Shown here in pieces: positions 1-10,880 of a DNA stretch of 64,000 nucleotides. Positions within the stretch are counted from its first letter, which is position 1; every line of letters begins with the position of its first letter. Position numbers and translations under genes: made by a program. The stretch is from Zootoca vivipara (taxonomy: Eukaryota), in NCBI RefSeq assembly GCF_963506605.1, contig NC_083283.1, forward strand, positions 60,388,001 through 60,452,000, given 5' to 3'. The notes under the pieces are model-generated. The model saw only the letters and a list, made by a program, of their open reading frames with translations, was not told the DNA's origin and ran no database searches.

Positions 1-29
1 TTAAGTTCATAAACCGAGGTTCCACTGTA
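1..29. mobile_element. Right end of a Tc1/mariner-type MITE
   Basis: AACCGAGGTTCCACTG|TA, the same TIR type as at 32111-32340 and 41654. Confidence 0.6.
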
Positions 30-1313
30 GTTGAATCGATGTGGGATTAATTTTAATACTTAATTTTTAATAATTTAAAGCAGGCAGATTTACTTTCAGA
101 CACTCAAAAGTTAATTTTGCAGTTTGCCTGCCTTGCATGGGTTTGAACACGTGACAAAGCCAAACGCAAGTAGCCCAGGATGATGTCACTTGTGCATGTG
201 ACTAAAGTGTCAGGTGTCCATAGGAAATAAATGTTCCCTGGTAAAAAATTTCACCCTTGGAATAATTATGCCTTTGTGATCTGTGATTTATGCATTGTGA
301 AGGGCATTATTTATTTACTTTGTTACTTTTTGTGCTTATGCTGATGTCCTATTTTTACCTTGTTCTTGTTCTGTACACAGTATGCTTGGTGTTAAGGTTT
401 AGACTTATTATAAGTTATTGTAAGTTTAAGTTAAGTCTGCTGCAACTGGTTTTCTTATGGACAGTGCCAATCCTGAATGTATCGGATTTGTGACCATTAT
501 GCTTATTTGCCTTCAGTAGCAGTAAAGATCTGCTGGATGAAATACAATTGCCTCTGACCTCCGACAGTTCTGGCATGGCCCCAGTACCCAGCAATCTTCA
601 CGGGCATTAAATGATACTACAGTATACCTCTGCAATATTTTGCTCTATATTTGCACTAGTCCACTATCATGCTGACGATGGACTGTGCATGCTCCAGGTT
701 GAGGGAAGCATCCGAGACAGGCATGCAGGTTTAGCAAGTGGGATAGTGGGGCGAGCAACTGGGGCTTGTGGAAGCAAGAAGGATGGCGGGGGCAGAGCAG
801 ATGAACAAGAGAGGCAATGAAGTGGCAGAGTGGGTGAGCAACACGGGCAGTGGGTGAGCAGGTTGGGTTCTGGTGGAGGGTGTTGAAGAAGCCAAGTGAG
901 CTGCGGTTGTAGTGGTGGGTGGGTTGAGAGAGAGGGATGGCCCACTGGTGCACAGCAGCACAGGCAGGGGCATAGTGGGTGAGGAAGCTGGGCTTCTGGT
1001 GGTGCCACGGGTTCAACAAGTGTGCAGATGAGCTGTGGAGATTTATGGAGTGGGGGACTCAGGAGAGGAGAGGGGGACTTCGGTAAGGAGCAAGGGCCTT
1101 TCAGAGGAATAAGAGGTGGTGTGGGGAAGTTGGTGAGTGAAGTTAGAAGGGGCGTCAGCCCATAGTTCTTGTATACTGAAGCAGGTGGTGGAAGCAAACT
1201 GGGAACTGGGAACAACATTGGAGTTACCAGCATTAATCCAGCCCTTATGTCTGCTGAAAGGCATTATGGCTTCATACAAGCAGGGTGGGAGGAGGCCAGT
1301 GAGGTGGGGACGG

Positions 1314-3419
1314 TTCGTCGCGGCGGTGAGAAGGACGCAGGGACTTCGCGTGCCGAAGTCCCTGGCTTCTCGGAGGGGGGGGAAGTCCGCAGAGCGAGCG
1401 GACTCCCCGTAAAAGCATCGGATCGAGAGTTCCGATGACTCAGGCGTCCAGCGGCTGCTCCGTTTGGCGGATCCCCCGCCGCCCGAGAGCTCAATAGAGC
1501 GATCGTGAGCCGGTGGGGTTGAACCGCGGGAGCCATTTTGGGCCACATCTTACCTCCGGGAAGCAAAGCTCCGAGTCCTGACCCGGCAAGCGGCGGATTC
1601 TTCCGATTTGAAACTAAAGATTCCTAAAGAAGTAAGTGGAACTTTGATCGGGATCCTAAATTTGCTGATTGGAAAATAGGAGAGACTTAAAGAAACGGAA
1701 GCCGGTCTCTTCCTAATGGGAAACTGGGAGGCGTTTGGAAAAAAAAAATCCTAAGCCGAATAACGAAAGAATTTGAAACTGTGGTCCCGAGAGGGGAAAA
1801 AGACTTTTTGGAACCATCTCAGCCCCTGAGTCCGGCACCCCTTGAGGTACAGCGGCATTAAGGGGAAGAGTGTTTTGACAGCTGTCAAAAGCTGTCAAAC
1901 TGTCAAAAGACCGGGTGGATTGATTGCATTGCTGTGAATAGGAAAAATTGTTTGAAAAGGTGAAAGAACTATTTAAATTGGAAGTAAGAATGGATTTGGG
2001 ACTGAGTTAAGAATCAAGAAAAAGAACAGCCAAAATGGAGTCGATCGTCTGAGAAAGGAATTTTCCAGTACCCATTGTTCCCTACCCCCTGTTTATCTGC
2101 GGTTACGAGAGGAATGAAAACAAAGCTGTCTCGAGCCTTCCAGGAGACTGTGCTGAACTACTTGCTGTCATGGGAAGATTTTTACAAGGAACGACAACAT
2201 CCCAACTTAACACCAGTTGAGATTGAAGTCCAAGTCCAGGACTTAGAGGATAATTTAAATGTGGAGACTGCTGATTCTGAGACTGTTTGTGAGGAGAAAC
2301 AACTGGAAGAGGACTTGGACTGTGATAAATCTGTTTGGGATGAAGCAAAATATGACTTTCAAAAGGAAGAAAAACAACCAGAACAAGAAGATGAGAGACT
2401 AAGAGACTTAAAGTCTAATGGATTTGAAGATCCTGGAGGGGTTAAAATGTGGAGTGGGGTTTTTGAGGGATGGGAAGGACAGGGGCAGGGGGGGGCAAGG
2501 GCCTGGAGATGGATCTGGGAAAGAATGGGTGTGGGGTAAAAACTTTAGTTAAAAGGTATTGTTTTGGTTTCTGAAAGACGGTCTTCGAAATCTTGGCATG
2601 ACAATGGAAATGCTGAACCAATTGGGGGAAAAAGACTTAGGGAGAGGAGATGGAATGTAAAAAAGAAAGAGAAAAAAGTGTTATGTTTCCTTAAGGGAGT
2701 ATAAGAATGGTTTGGAAAGAATTTTTAAGTTATTGTAAATTATTGTAGGTTAAGTGAGGTGTCTAGGCAGAAAGCTGCCTGCCCCCCTCTCCTTACTCTG
2801 AGGCACTCAGTGGCAGGGGGTGCCCAGAGGGGTGAGGAGGAAATGGAACCTTGGAAGTGCTGTGCCCTGCAGGCACCTCTTGTGGCAGGAGGGGACCTGT
2901 GGGAGGGCAGCATGAAAAAGGAGGAGGATTGAGTTAATATTATAAGATTAAGATCTGAAGCTGAGTTGGAAAATTCGCCACAAGTAATCAGAATTTGTCA
3001 GGAAAACCATTAGGAAGACTACCGAGGGAGTCGCAATTAAGATGTTAAAATAATAAGAACTGGGAAGTTTGAACTCTTCCCAATTTTCCTTTTGTTTCTT
3101 TCTCTCTTTTCTTTCTTTCTTTCTCTTTTTTTTCTAGGTTTATTAATATGAGTATGAAAGAGTTGGGGGATGCAGATCCCCATAACTCCTTCCTCCCTGT
3201 TCTCTCAGTGGCAGGGGGGGGGATATGGAGGGAGGAGGGAGGGGGGAAGCAGAACTCAATTCACAATTGGACCCCTTTGTTTCCTAAAGCACACGGGCCC
3301 TACTGGTGGCAGAAGTGGACCGGTGTGTGGAGGGAAAATGAAGGGACAGTGTTATATTATATGTCTTGTTTGTGTATTTCTTGTTTGAAAATTAATAAAA
3401 ATCTCTTTAAAAAAAAAAA
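1314..3419 (+). mobile_element. Non-autonomous poly(A) retroposon, probably L1-mobilised, 2.1 kb
   Basis: 13-bp TSD GAGGTGGGGACGG (1301-1313 and 3420-3432); AATAAA 3394-3399 followed by an A11 tail; CpG-rich 5' end; no RT or EN ORF. Confidence 0.75.
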
Positions 3420-4717
3420 GAGGTGGGGACGGACATTTTTCCAGTGCTTTATTTTTTCTACAGGAAAAATAATCTGTTTCCTAAGTGTCATTAGTAACAA
3501 TGAATGGATGCCAAATGGAAATATAACGGCAAGCTTGGCAGTTTTCATGTATTTAGGTTTATTATACCAAACCAATCCCTATGCTGTGGAGGAGAGGGCC
3601 TCCTTCAGATACTGCCTCATCAGGACATCCATGCTGCACATAGGAATTGAGCCTTTGGCATGGTGGCACCTAATTCCTAATTCAAATTCCTCCCTGGTAC
3701 ATATCAGACAGGCACCATCTTTGTTGTTCTTTCAAGACCTAATTGAAGACCTTGAAGCTTTTTAATTGAGATCTTTACCCTAGTCTGTATCTGTCCTAGA
3801 TCTGAAAAGGTTTTTGCATAATGAAAGTGGTTTAATTGTTCTTAGGAATGAAATGGTGTAATTGTTTTATTGCTGATGGTTTTATTGTGAAATAACTTTT
3901 GAGATATTTTATGGGAAGTTATTCATAAGTGGAATTAATTAATTAATATACAGGTAAAATTAAATGTGCTAAATTAGATAATTCTTTCTGGCACCAGAAA
4001 ATGTTCCAATACAACCTGAAAATTATCCTAAGATTTATTTTCTATGTTTTTAGTGATTCCTTTTTTTATCTGTAAGTAGACTTGAGTTCCATCAGGGAAA
4101 AAGTCAGAGTATAAATAAATTAATAATGTTAATGATATTGTTAGATTGCTTCTACCTCTTTCCCTTTATGCAGATGCATGGGCTACGTATGCCAATAAAC
4201 CAGAAGAAAACAAAACAATTTTGAAAAAGGTAACGTGTTAAGTCCTTCATAACATGCTACCGTATATCTGAATATTTTTACTCAAACATATGTCCTCCTG
4301 TGTTCAGTGGGCATACCCTTGAAAACGTGTAAATGGACGTATAGCCTAAATTTAGCAGTTTACTGAACAGACTTTCCTTTTGTGTTTCTCATTGTCACCA
4401 AGCACTGTTACCAATATACTGTAATGAGTTTAGCAAAACGTATGTAATGCCTTGTGGTTGATTAAAACATGCCAGGATTCAAATGCATGCATTAAATCCT
4501 CAACCTTCTTTATAAAAAATAGCTTACAGGGAAAGTGTAATAATACACCTTTTGAAATGATTAACCGTAACATAAGCTCAAATGCAAATATGTGCAAATG
4601 TAGGAACTTGAAACATATTGATGGCTTCAAGGCATTTTTAAAGACAATTTCCTGATTTATAGGTTGCAAAAGAGGCCTGCTTAGTACATCACTGACAAAA
4701 ACCGGTTTACCCTAGCT

Positions 4718-5206
4718 TTCTGGGCACCACAGTTCAAGAAGGATACTGACAAGCTGGAACGTGTCCAGAAGAGGGCAACCGAAATGGTCAAAGGCCTAGA
4801 AACGATGCCTTATGAGGAACGGCTTAGGGAGCTGGGTATGTTTAGCCTGGAGAAGAGAAGGTTAAAGGGTGATATGATAGCCATGTTCAAATATATAAAA
4901 GGATGTCATATACAGGAGGGAGAAAGGTGGTTTTCTGCTGCTCCAGAGAAGCGGACACGGAGCAATGGATTCAAACTACAAGAAAGAAGATTCCACCTAG
5001 ACATTAGGAAGAACTTCCTGACAGTAAGAGCAGTTCGTCAGTGGAATTTGCTACCAACGAGTGTGGTGGAGTCTCCTTCTTTGGAGGTCTTTAAGTAGAG
5101 GCTTGACAGGCATATGTCAAGAATACTTTGATGGTGTTTCCTGCTCGACAGGAGGTTGGACTGGATGGCCCTTGTGGTCTCTTCCAACTCTATGATTCTA
5201 TGATTC
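4718..5206 (+). mobile_element. CR1 LINE 3' fragment
   Basis: ORF2 C-terminus (MVKGLETMPYEERLRELGMFSLEKRRLKGDMI...FLTVRAVRQWN) and (ATTCTATG)n tail. Confidence 0.92.
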
Positions 5207-5698
5207 ATGTCGTGTCTTAGAAATGGATTAGAGTAATTTCACTCATTTGGTGTTTGTGGAAAGCAGGCCCCTCTAAAAAGGGAGTAAAGTGGTCTGAGCA
5301 CAGTCAAATAGTTTGACGGTTATTACTAAAGTGCAAGACTAAGGAGGAATATATACAAACTTTTGACTTTTCTACTCAAAGTGCATTTTTAAGGTCCGAG
5401 GCATTTGACCACTGCCTACTGTAACACATGTCAATGTCATAAAAAAAATTATTTGCATAACTGAAGTATGGGAGCGGGGGAAATGCTCATTTATTCCATA
5501 TATATCGACGTCAGTAGCAGTATTAAGATGTTATGTCTCTAAAAATTCAAATACACACAAATTTTAATTTCACTTGTCTTAGCATTCCCATATCCTATGC
5601 TAAACATATTTTATCTGAAATAAGTCAATTTAGAATAGATATTTTTATATAGAAAGCATTAGACACACATGAGCAGAGAGTCGAAACAAAAAATAATT

Positions 5699-5783
5699 AA
5701 AAAATTCCTTCCAGTAGCACCTCAGAGACAAACTAAGTTTGTCATAGGTATGAGCTTTCGTGTGCATGCACACTTCTTCAGAT
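5699..5783. mobile_element. Penelope-like terminal fragment
   Basis: ccagtagcacctcagagacaaactaagtttg...gagctttcgtgtgcatgcacacttcttcagat resembles reptile PLE terminal repeats. Confidence 0.5.
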
Positions 5784-6741
5784 GAGCAGAGAGTGTTGCT
5801 TGCTAACAGGCTGAGAAGGTAGTTCTATTATATACATGCCGTTAAAATAATTAAAAGCTACATCAATATTACAGACGGGATTTTGCAGGGGCCCATTTTG
5901 AGAAAACGCTAGGTGGTAGCTGTCACAAAATGGCTGCCATGGTGGAGACCCAGCCACTCACAAAATGGCTGTCTCGGGGGGGGGGGAAGGTAGGGGGAGC
6001 GGCAAACAATCACAGTATTTAATATTGCAGCAAAACATCCATTTTACAAAGCGCGAACTGGTGAGGCTAAGCAATAAATATATTGCCCAAGAACCCCCAT
6101 ATGAACCCCCAAACACAAGGCCACTCCTTTGAACCCCATTTGCCACTCAAACAGAACACCTATATAACCGAAGACCAGCCAATTAATCCCCCCAATTCAT
6201 CTCTAAATAAAAGTAATCCTACATACACACATACATACTTTCCCTCTCAAGATTACACCTCTGGGCCCTCCATTTTTCTCCCCACCTCCATTTCCTACCT
6301 TGGTTCCACAGAGGCACTGGCACAGCCAAAAAGCAGGCCTTGGCGGCTGTTCAAGAATAGCCTAGTGACCCAGCTGTCCTGGAAGTGACTGTAAACGCAG
6401 CCCATAAGTTGCTAGTTTTACGGTGTGAGGCCTTGGCCTTTGGGGGCTAGCTGTAATCATCCGCTGCTTTGTCAGGGGTGCTGTTGATACCATTGCCTCA
6501 GAGCATCTGGTCCTGATGTTCCTCCTTACAGGAGGTACACTTGGCCATAAGGTTTGTTGCTAGACATTAAGAAGCCCTGCTTTATGCTTGGAGATAGTTT
6601 GCACCTTGGAAATGCATACTGTGCTAGTAGCAGCAGGCCCATTTCTTTAATTGTGTTTCTTCCCTGGTGGCATATAATTTTGGGGATTGGGGTACACAGT
6701 ATGGAGATCCAAACGTTTCCCCCCCCTAAAGGTAACACAGG

Positions 6742-7018
6742 CAGTGGCGAAGCCGCATGCTCCACTATCGGGGGTGGAGAGTAAGCAGGGGCGTGCCGTG
6801 CATCCCGGGGGTGTGGTACACCGCCCACGAGGGCATGGCACACTGCCTGCAAGCGCGTGGCACCGGTTCTGTGGGCATGGTACGCTGCCTGTGGGGGCGT
6901 GGTGCCCAGCACAGGGTGTGTGTGGTGAGTGTCCGGGGGGGGGGGCGTGATGGCACCCTACCAGAATAGTGGTGCTAGGGGCGGTCCGCTCCCTCCGCAC
7001 CCCCGTTCCTCTGCAGTG
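6742..7018. mobile_element. GC-rich hAT-type MITE
   Basis: Starts CAGTGGCG; 8-bp TSD AACACAGG/AACACAGC; internal imperfect tandem repeats. Confidence 0.6.
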
Positions 7019-7270
7019 AACACAGCATTGTGTTAGAATAAATGTAAAAGTGACTTCAGAATTATTTTGAGCTGCATATTCTAGCTCTGGAGAGGGAGCC
7101 TTCAGTAGGAAGAGCTTCTGCTTATGATGGAATTGAACCTAGACCCTTTTCAGGCCAAGGTGGTTACTGCTTGTCAACAGCATACAATACAAGCTTCAGC
7201 TTTTACCCAACAGTGTCAGACACTCTGCCCTCTCCCTGCAGGGTCTTAGGACTGTTTCATACTCCTAGTT

Positions 7271-7574
7271 CAGAGCTTTCCAAACTGTGTGTTGCAACAC
7301 ATTAGTGTTCCGCCTGCAGTATGTAGGTGCATAGCTGCCAAGTTTTCCCTTTTCTCGCGAGGAAGCCTATTCAGCATAAGGGAATTTCCCTTAAAAAAAG
7401 GGATAACTTGGCAGCTATGTGTAGGTGTGTCACGCAAATACTCCCTGCGCTCCTCCCGGGGCTGGGAAGGGGTTAGTTTAACCTCCGTTTTGTTAGTAAA
7501 ACTGAATTACTGTGTTGCAAAATGATGCATGTCTAAAAAGTGCGTCACCAACATGAAAAGTTTGGAAAGCTCTG
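7271..7574. mobile_element. hAT MITE interrupted by the 90-bp MITE
   Basis: 16-bp TIR CAGAGCTTTCCAAACT; TSD TCCTAGTT/TCCCAGTT. Confidence 0.85.
7330..7419 (+). mobile_element. 90-bp MITE copy 1
   Basis: TIR CATAGCTGCCAAGTT; perfect 8-bp TSD TGTAGGTG. Confidence 0.93.
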
Positions 7575-8007
7575 TCCCAGTTGAACGAACTGCAGGTTGG
7601 GGCAGGGCAGAGTGGGAGACTCTTGTTTTAAGATGACCTTAGTTGTTGTTTTTTGTAATTGGCACCACTAGGTGGCGGTTGCAAGCAACAATGACTGAGG
7701 ATAATACAGTACGGTATAACAAAGTCCCCCACAGTAACCAAGATAAAAAAAAAAGGTTCCCCACAATCTGCAGAATCTATCACATGCAGGATCAGAGGAT
7801 GGAATTGCATATCCGAATGCAGGGAAAAATGAAAATAGGCAGAGACAGAAGCTCTTTTTTGCTGCAGTACAATATTTTGAAATAAACTTCCAGAGGGGTA
7901 GTACATCAAAAGCAACAAGGAAAAATGTGGCAAATATATAAGCTAGAGTCCACTTGATCAGATGCATAAAGTATAATCACTGACAGGTGTTGAGGGATTA
8001 TACACAT

Positions 8008-8065
8008 GTATGTATGTATGTATGTATGTATGTATGTATGTATGTATGTACGGTATGTATGTATG
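8008..8065. repeat. (TATG)n microsatellite
   Basis: Direct reading. Confidence 0.9.
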
Positions 8066-8223
8066 CATGCTGTGATATATTATTATGGTAAATATCTTTT
8101 TATAAATTTATATTGTAATAGGTGAAGGGCAAGGAAATGCAAAAGTATAGCCTGTGACCATTCAAATTAGAGCTTAAATGTGTGCAAAATAAGCAGTAAC
8201 TTTTCATAGCAGGGGTAATAAAT

Positions 8224-8458
8224 TAGGGTTGTCATATTTCAAAAAGTGAAAATCCGGATACAAAAGTTTTGGGTTTGTTTTTTGTTTGTTTTTTTGGCCA
8301 AAGTTGTTGAGCTTTCTTAAATGAAATGAACCCAAAATCTATACTACCGACATGGGCTGGCATACATCCGGAGATTCCCGGACATTTAAGCAATTTCCAC
8401 CCAGATGCTGTTTACGAAGGCTAAATGTCCAGGAAATTCCAGACGTATTGCAACCCTA
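8224..8458. mobile_element. hAT (Blackjack/Tip100-like) MITE
   Basis: Ends TAGGGTTG...CAACCCTA; flanked by a 6-bp duplication ATAAAT. Confidence 0.7.
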
Positions 8459-9755
8459 ATAAATGATAAAAATCATGCTAGCATTGCTAAGTTAATACAT
8501 GCAATGGGGCGGGAAACAATTGTCTCTATTCAGTCAAAAATACATAGAATCAAGCATCACTATTGGTTCTCATGCAGGAGTCTCCCAATAAAGTGGCCAA
8601 TATCCTTGGAGACTAAAATGTTATTCTAGTGTTTTCTGATTACAGTTTTATGTCATCTCTTCTTTTGCATTGCAGAGAGACTAGCATGTTTGTCTTATGC
8701 AGAAAAAGCAGAAAGGCATTAGTAGTAGACTAATATACCACATTGCAAGATTAAGTACCAAATTACCAATATACCACTCTCTATTTTGCCTCTCCTGGAT
8801 TAACAGAACTGTTGATAAAACATGATGTTGGACAGTTTATCTGCGTTTTCAATTTAATGTTTTCTTAAGCAACAAATGTGCACAGTATAGCCAAGCTTAC
8901 TTGCAGTTCCAAAGATCTAACAAAGATCTCTCTCTTACAACCCTGATTGGAACACCTTGATTAGTTTTTTTCAGTAGACAGTAAAATCTTGTGAAAGTGA
9001 TGCAACCCACTACAGTACTTAGATTTCATCAAAGTATATTCTAAGAAAAATTGAGTTAAGTATGCTTCCTATCTTAATGGGGTGCATGCATTTTAGGAGT
9101 ACCACACAGCTGCTCCCATGTAACAAACAAACAAACAAACAAACAAACAACAATAATAATTTTATTATTATTTATACTCTGCCCATTTGGCTGGGTTTCC
9201 CCAGCCAATCTGGGCAGCTTCCAGCACATATAAAAACATAATAAAATGTCAAACATTAAAAGATGTATGCTAGTTGTTCTTATTATAAAGCGTTTTACAG
9301 CATGATGGTGTTGCAATTACTATTCATATTAAGGTTAAGGATGGTCCTATTTATCTGATAAATAAATATGGTTTATTACATGCCATATTTTAGATCACAT
9401 TCAGTATAATAATTGCTGTTACTTTATTAACAGTGCAATCCTATGTATGTCTACTCAAAAGTAGTTCAGTGGGACTTCCTCTTACACAAGTATGGACAGG
9501 ATTTCAGCCTTAAAATTACTTTTCTTCTGATTTGCCCCTTTATTTATTTATAAAATATCTATACTGCTAATTCATTAAAAATCAGTGCAGTTCACAAGAA
9601 CTGTACATAAATTCTTACAATGAAAACCAAATAACGAAGTTAAAATAACAAATCAGGCAACTATTGTGGTAAATATTCAGGTAAATATTATTCAGATGGT
9701 TATTTCCAATCAGTGCCTAGCACTTACAGGATAAGCCTTCCTAGTACGTCCCTGT

Positions 9756-9845
9756 CATAGCTGCCAAGTTATCCCTTTTTTAAAGGGATTTTCCCTTATG
9801 CTGAATAGGCTTCCTCGCGAGAAAAGGGAAAACTTGGCAGCTATG
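9756..9845 (-). mobile_element. 90-bp MITE copy 2 (MYLIP upstream region)
   Basis: Same TIR; perfect 8-bp TSD GTCCCTGT. Confidence 0.93.
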
Positions 9846-10139
9846 GTCCCTGTTAACAGAAATTGGGAAAAGACATATATAATGGAAGTGGTGGCTACAT
9901 ATGATGACCTTGAACTGAAGACTTGCTTCCTAGGTACTTTAAAACTAAGCTTTATCTCATCGGGCATCATCAGACTATGCCACATAAACCGTGCCTGTTT
10001 TCCTTTCACTTTTTTTCACCAATTCCTATTCGATTCCACCCTTCTTGCCCCGCACATGGAGCTCCTACGATATGCAATCGAAAACCTCTAGTTCCCTCTG
10101 CCAACCTCTATGAGGCTATATAGCCTCTTGGCAATAACA

Positions 10140-10880
10140 AACCGCCTTAGCTGCTGCTGCTCCTCCTCCTGCTGCTGCTGCCGCCACCCCCCTCCCCCGC
10201 CGCTTCGGTTGGCTCGGACGGCTGCATGTAAATAGATCAGCGTGCGCGCATTGGTTCGCTTTCGTTCGGAGGGCGGGGGCTGAGGAGGGAGGGGAGTGTG
10301 CCGAGGAGAGATATAGGAGCGCCAACTGCCGTTCGCCTCAAAGCACGAAAAGGTTTGAGCGCCGGGGAGGGTGCGGGCTGGCGGGTGGTGGGCAGCTGCG
10401 AGGCAGCCGGGGCTCTTCGGTGCGCCTCTTTGGGACAAGGCAGCGGCCATGCTGTGCTATGTGACCAGGCCGGACGCGGTGGTGATGGAGGTGGAGGTAG
10501 AGGCCAAGGCCAACGGCGAAGACTGCCTCGACCAGGTGAAGAGCCGCGCGCGTTCACACTCTCTCGCTCTCGTTCTCCCCCCGCCCTTCCCCGCAACCCG
10601 CCGTTGATTCATGAATGGTCGTTGAAGGAGCTCGCGACGGGGCTGCTCTCGCGCGCTGTGTGCTTCACCTCGAGATTCTCCGCTCTCACGTCCGAACGAG
10701 AGCCGCCGCGTTTTCTCCTGCTCGGTGGGAAGGGACACAGAGCAGCTGGGGATCGGGATGGGGGGATGCAGGCAAGGGGAGGGGGATGCAACGGCCTCCG
10801 AGCTGCGGAGCCTGCAGCGACGCTGCTGCTCTGGCTGCCTCCCACGCGTTGCTTACTGAGCTGCTGATTCCCCCAACCCC
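10140..10880 (+). promoter_or_regulatory. CpG-island promoter of MYLIP
   Basis: High GC and CpG density around exon 1; inverted CCAAT (ATTGG ~10250), GC box GGGCGGGG ~10271, FOX-like GTAAATA ~10228. Confidence 0.85.
10449..10535 (+). CDS. MYLIP: MYLIP coding exon 1
   Basis: gccATG; [29 protein letters not shown]; donor CAG|GTGAA. Confidence 0.97.

Noticed and set aside
667-1233. 188-aa Pro-rich ORF
   Set aside because: Explained by C-rich strand composition; no domain or splice support
3148-3765. 205-aa ORF
   Set aside because: Reads through the retroposon poly(A) tail (KKKK) into unrelated flank and L2-like remnant
7330-7419. 90-bp hairpin as a pre-miRNA
   Set aside because: Dispersed copies with TSDs show it is a transposon
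10371-10448. In-frame GTG giving a 26-aa N-terminal extension of MYLIP
   Set aside because: Weak context, stop just upstream, expected by chance in a GC-rich UTR
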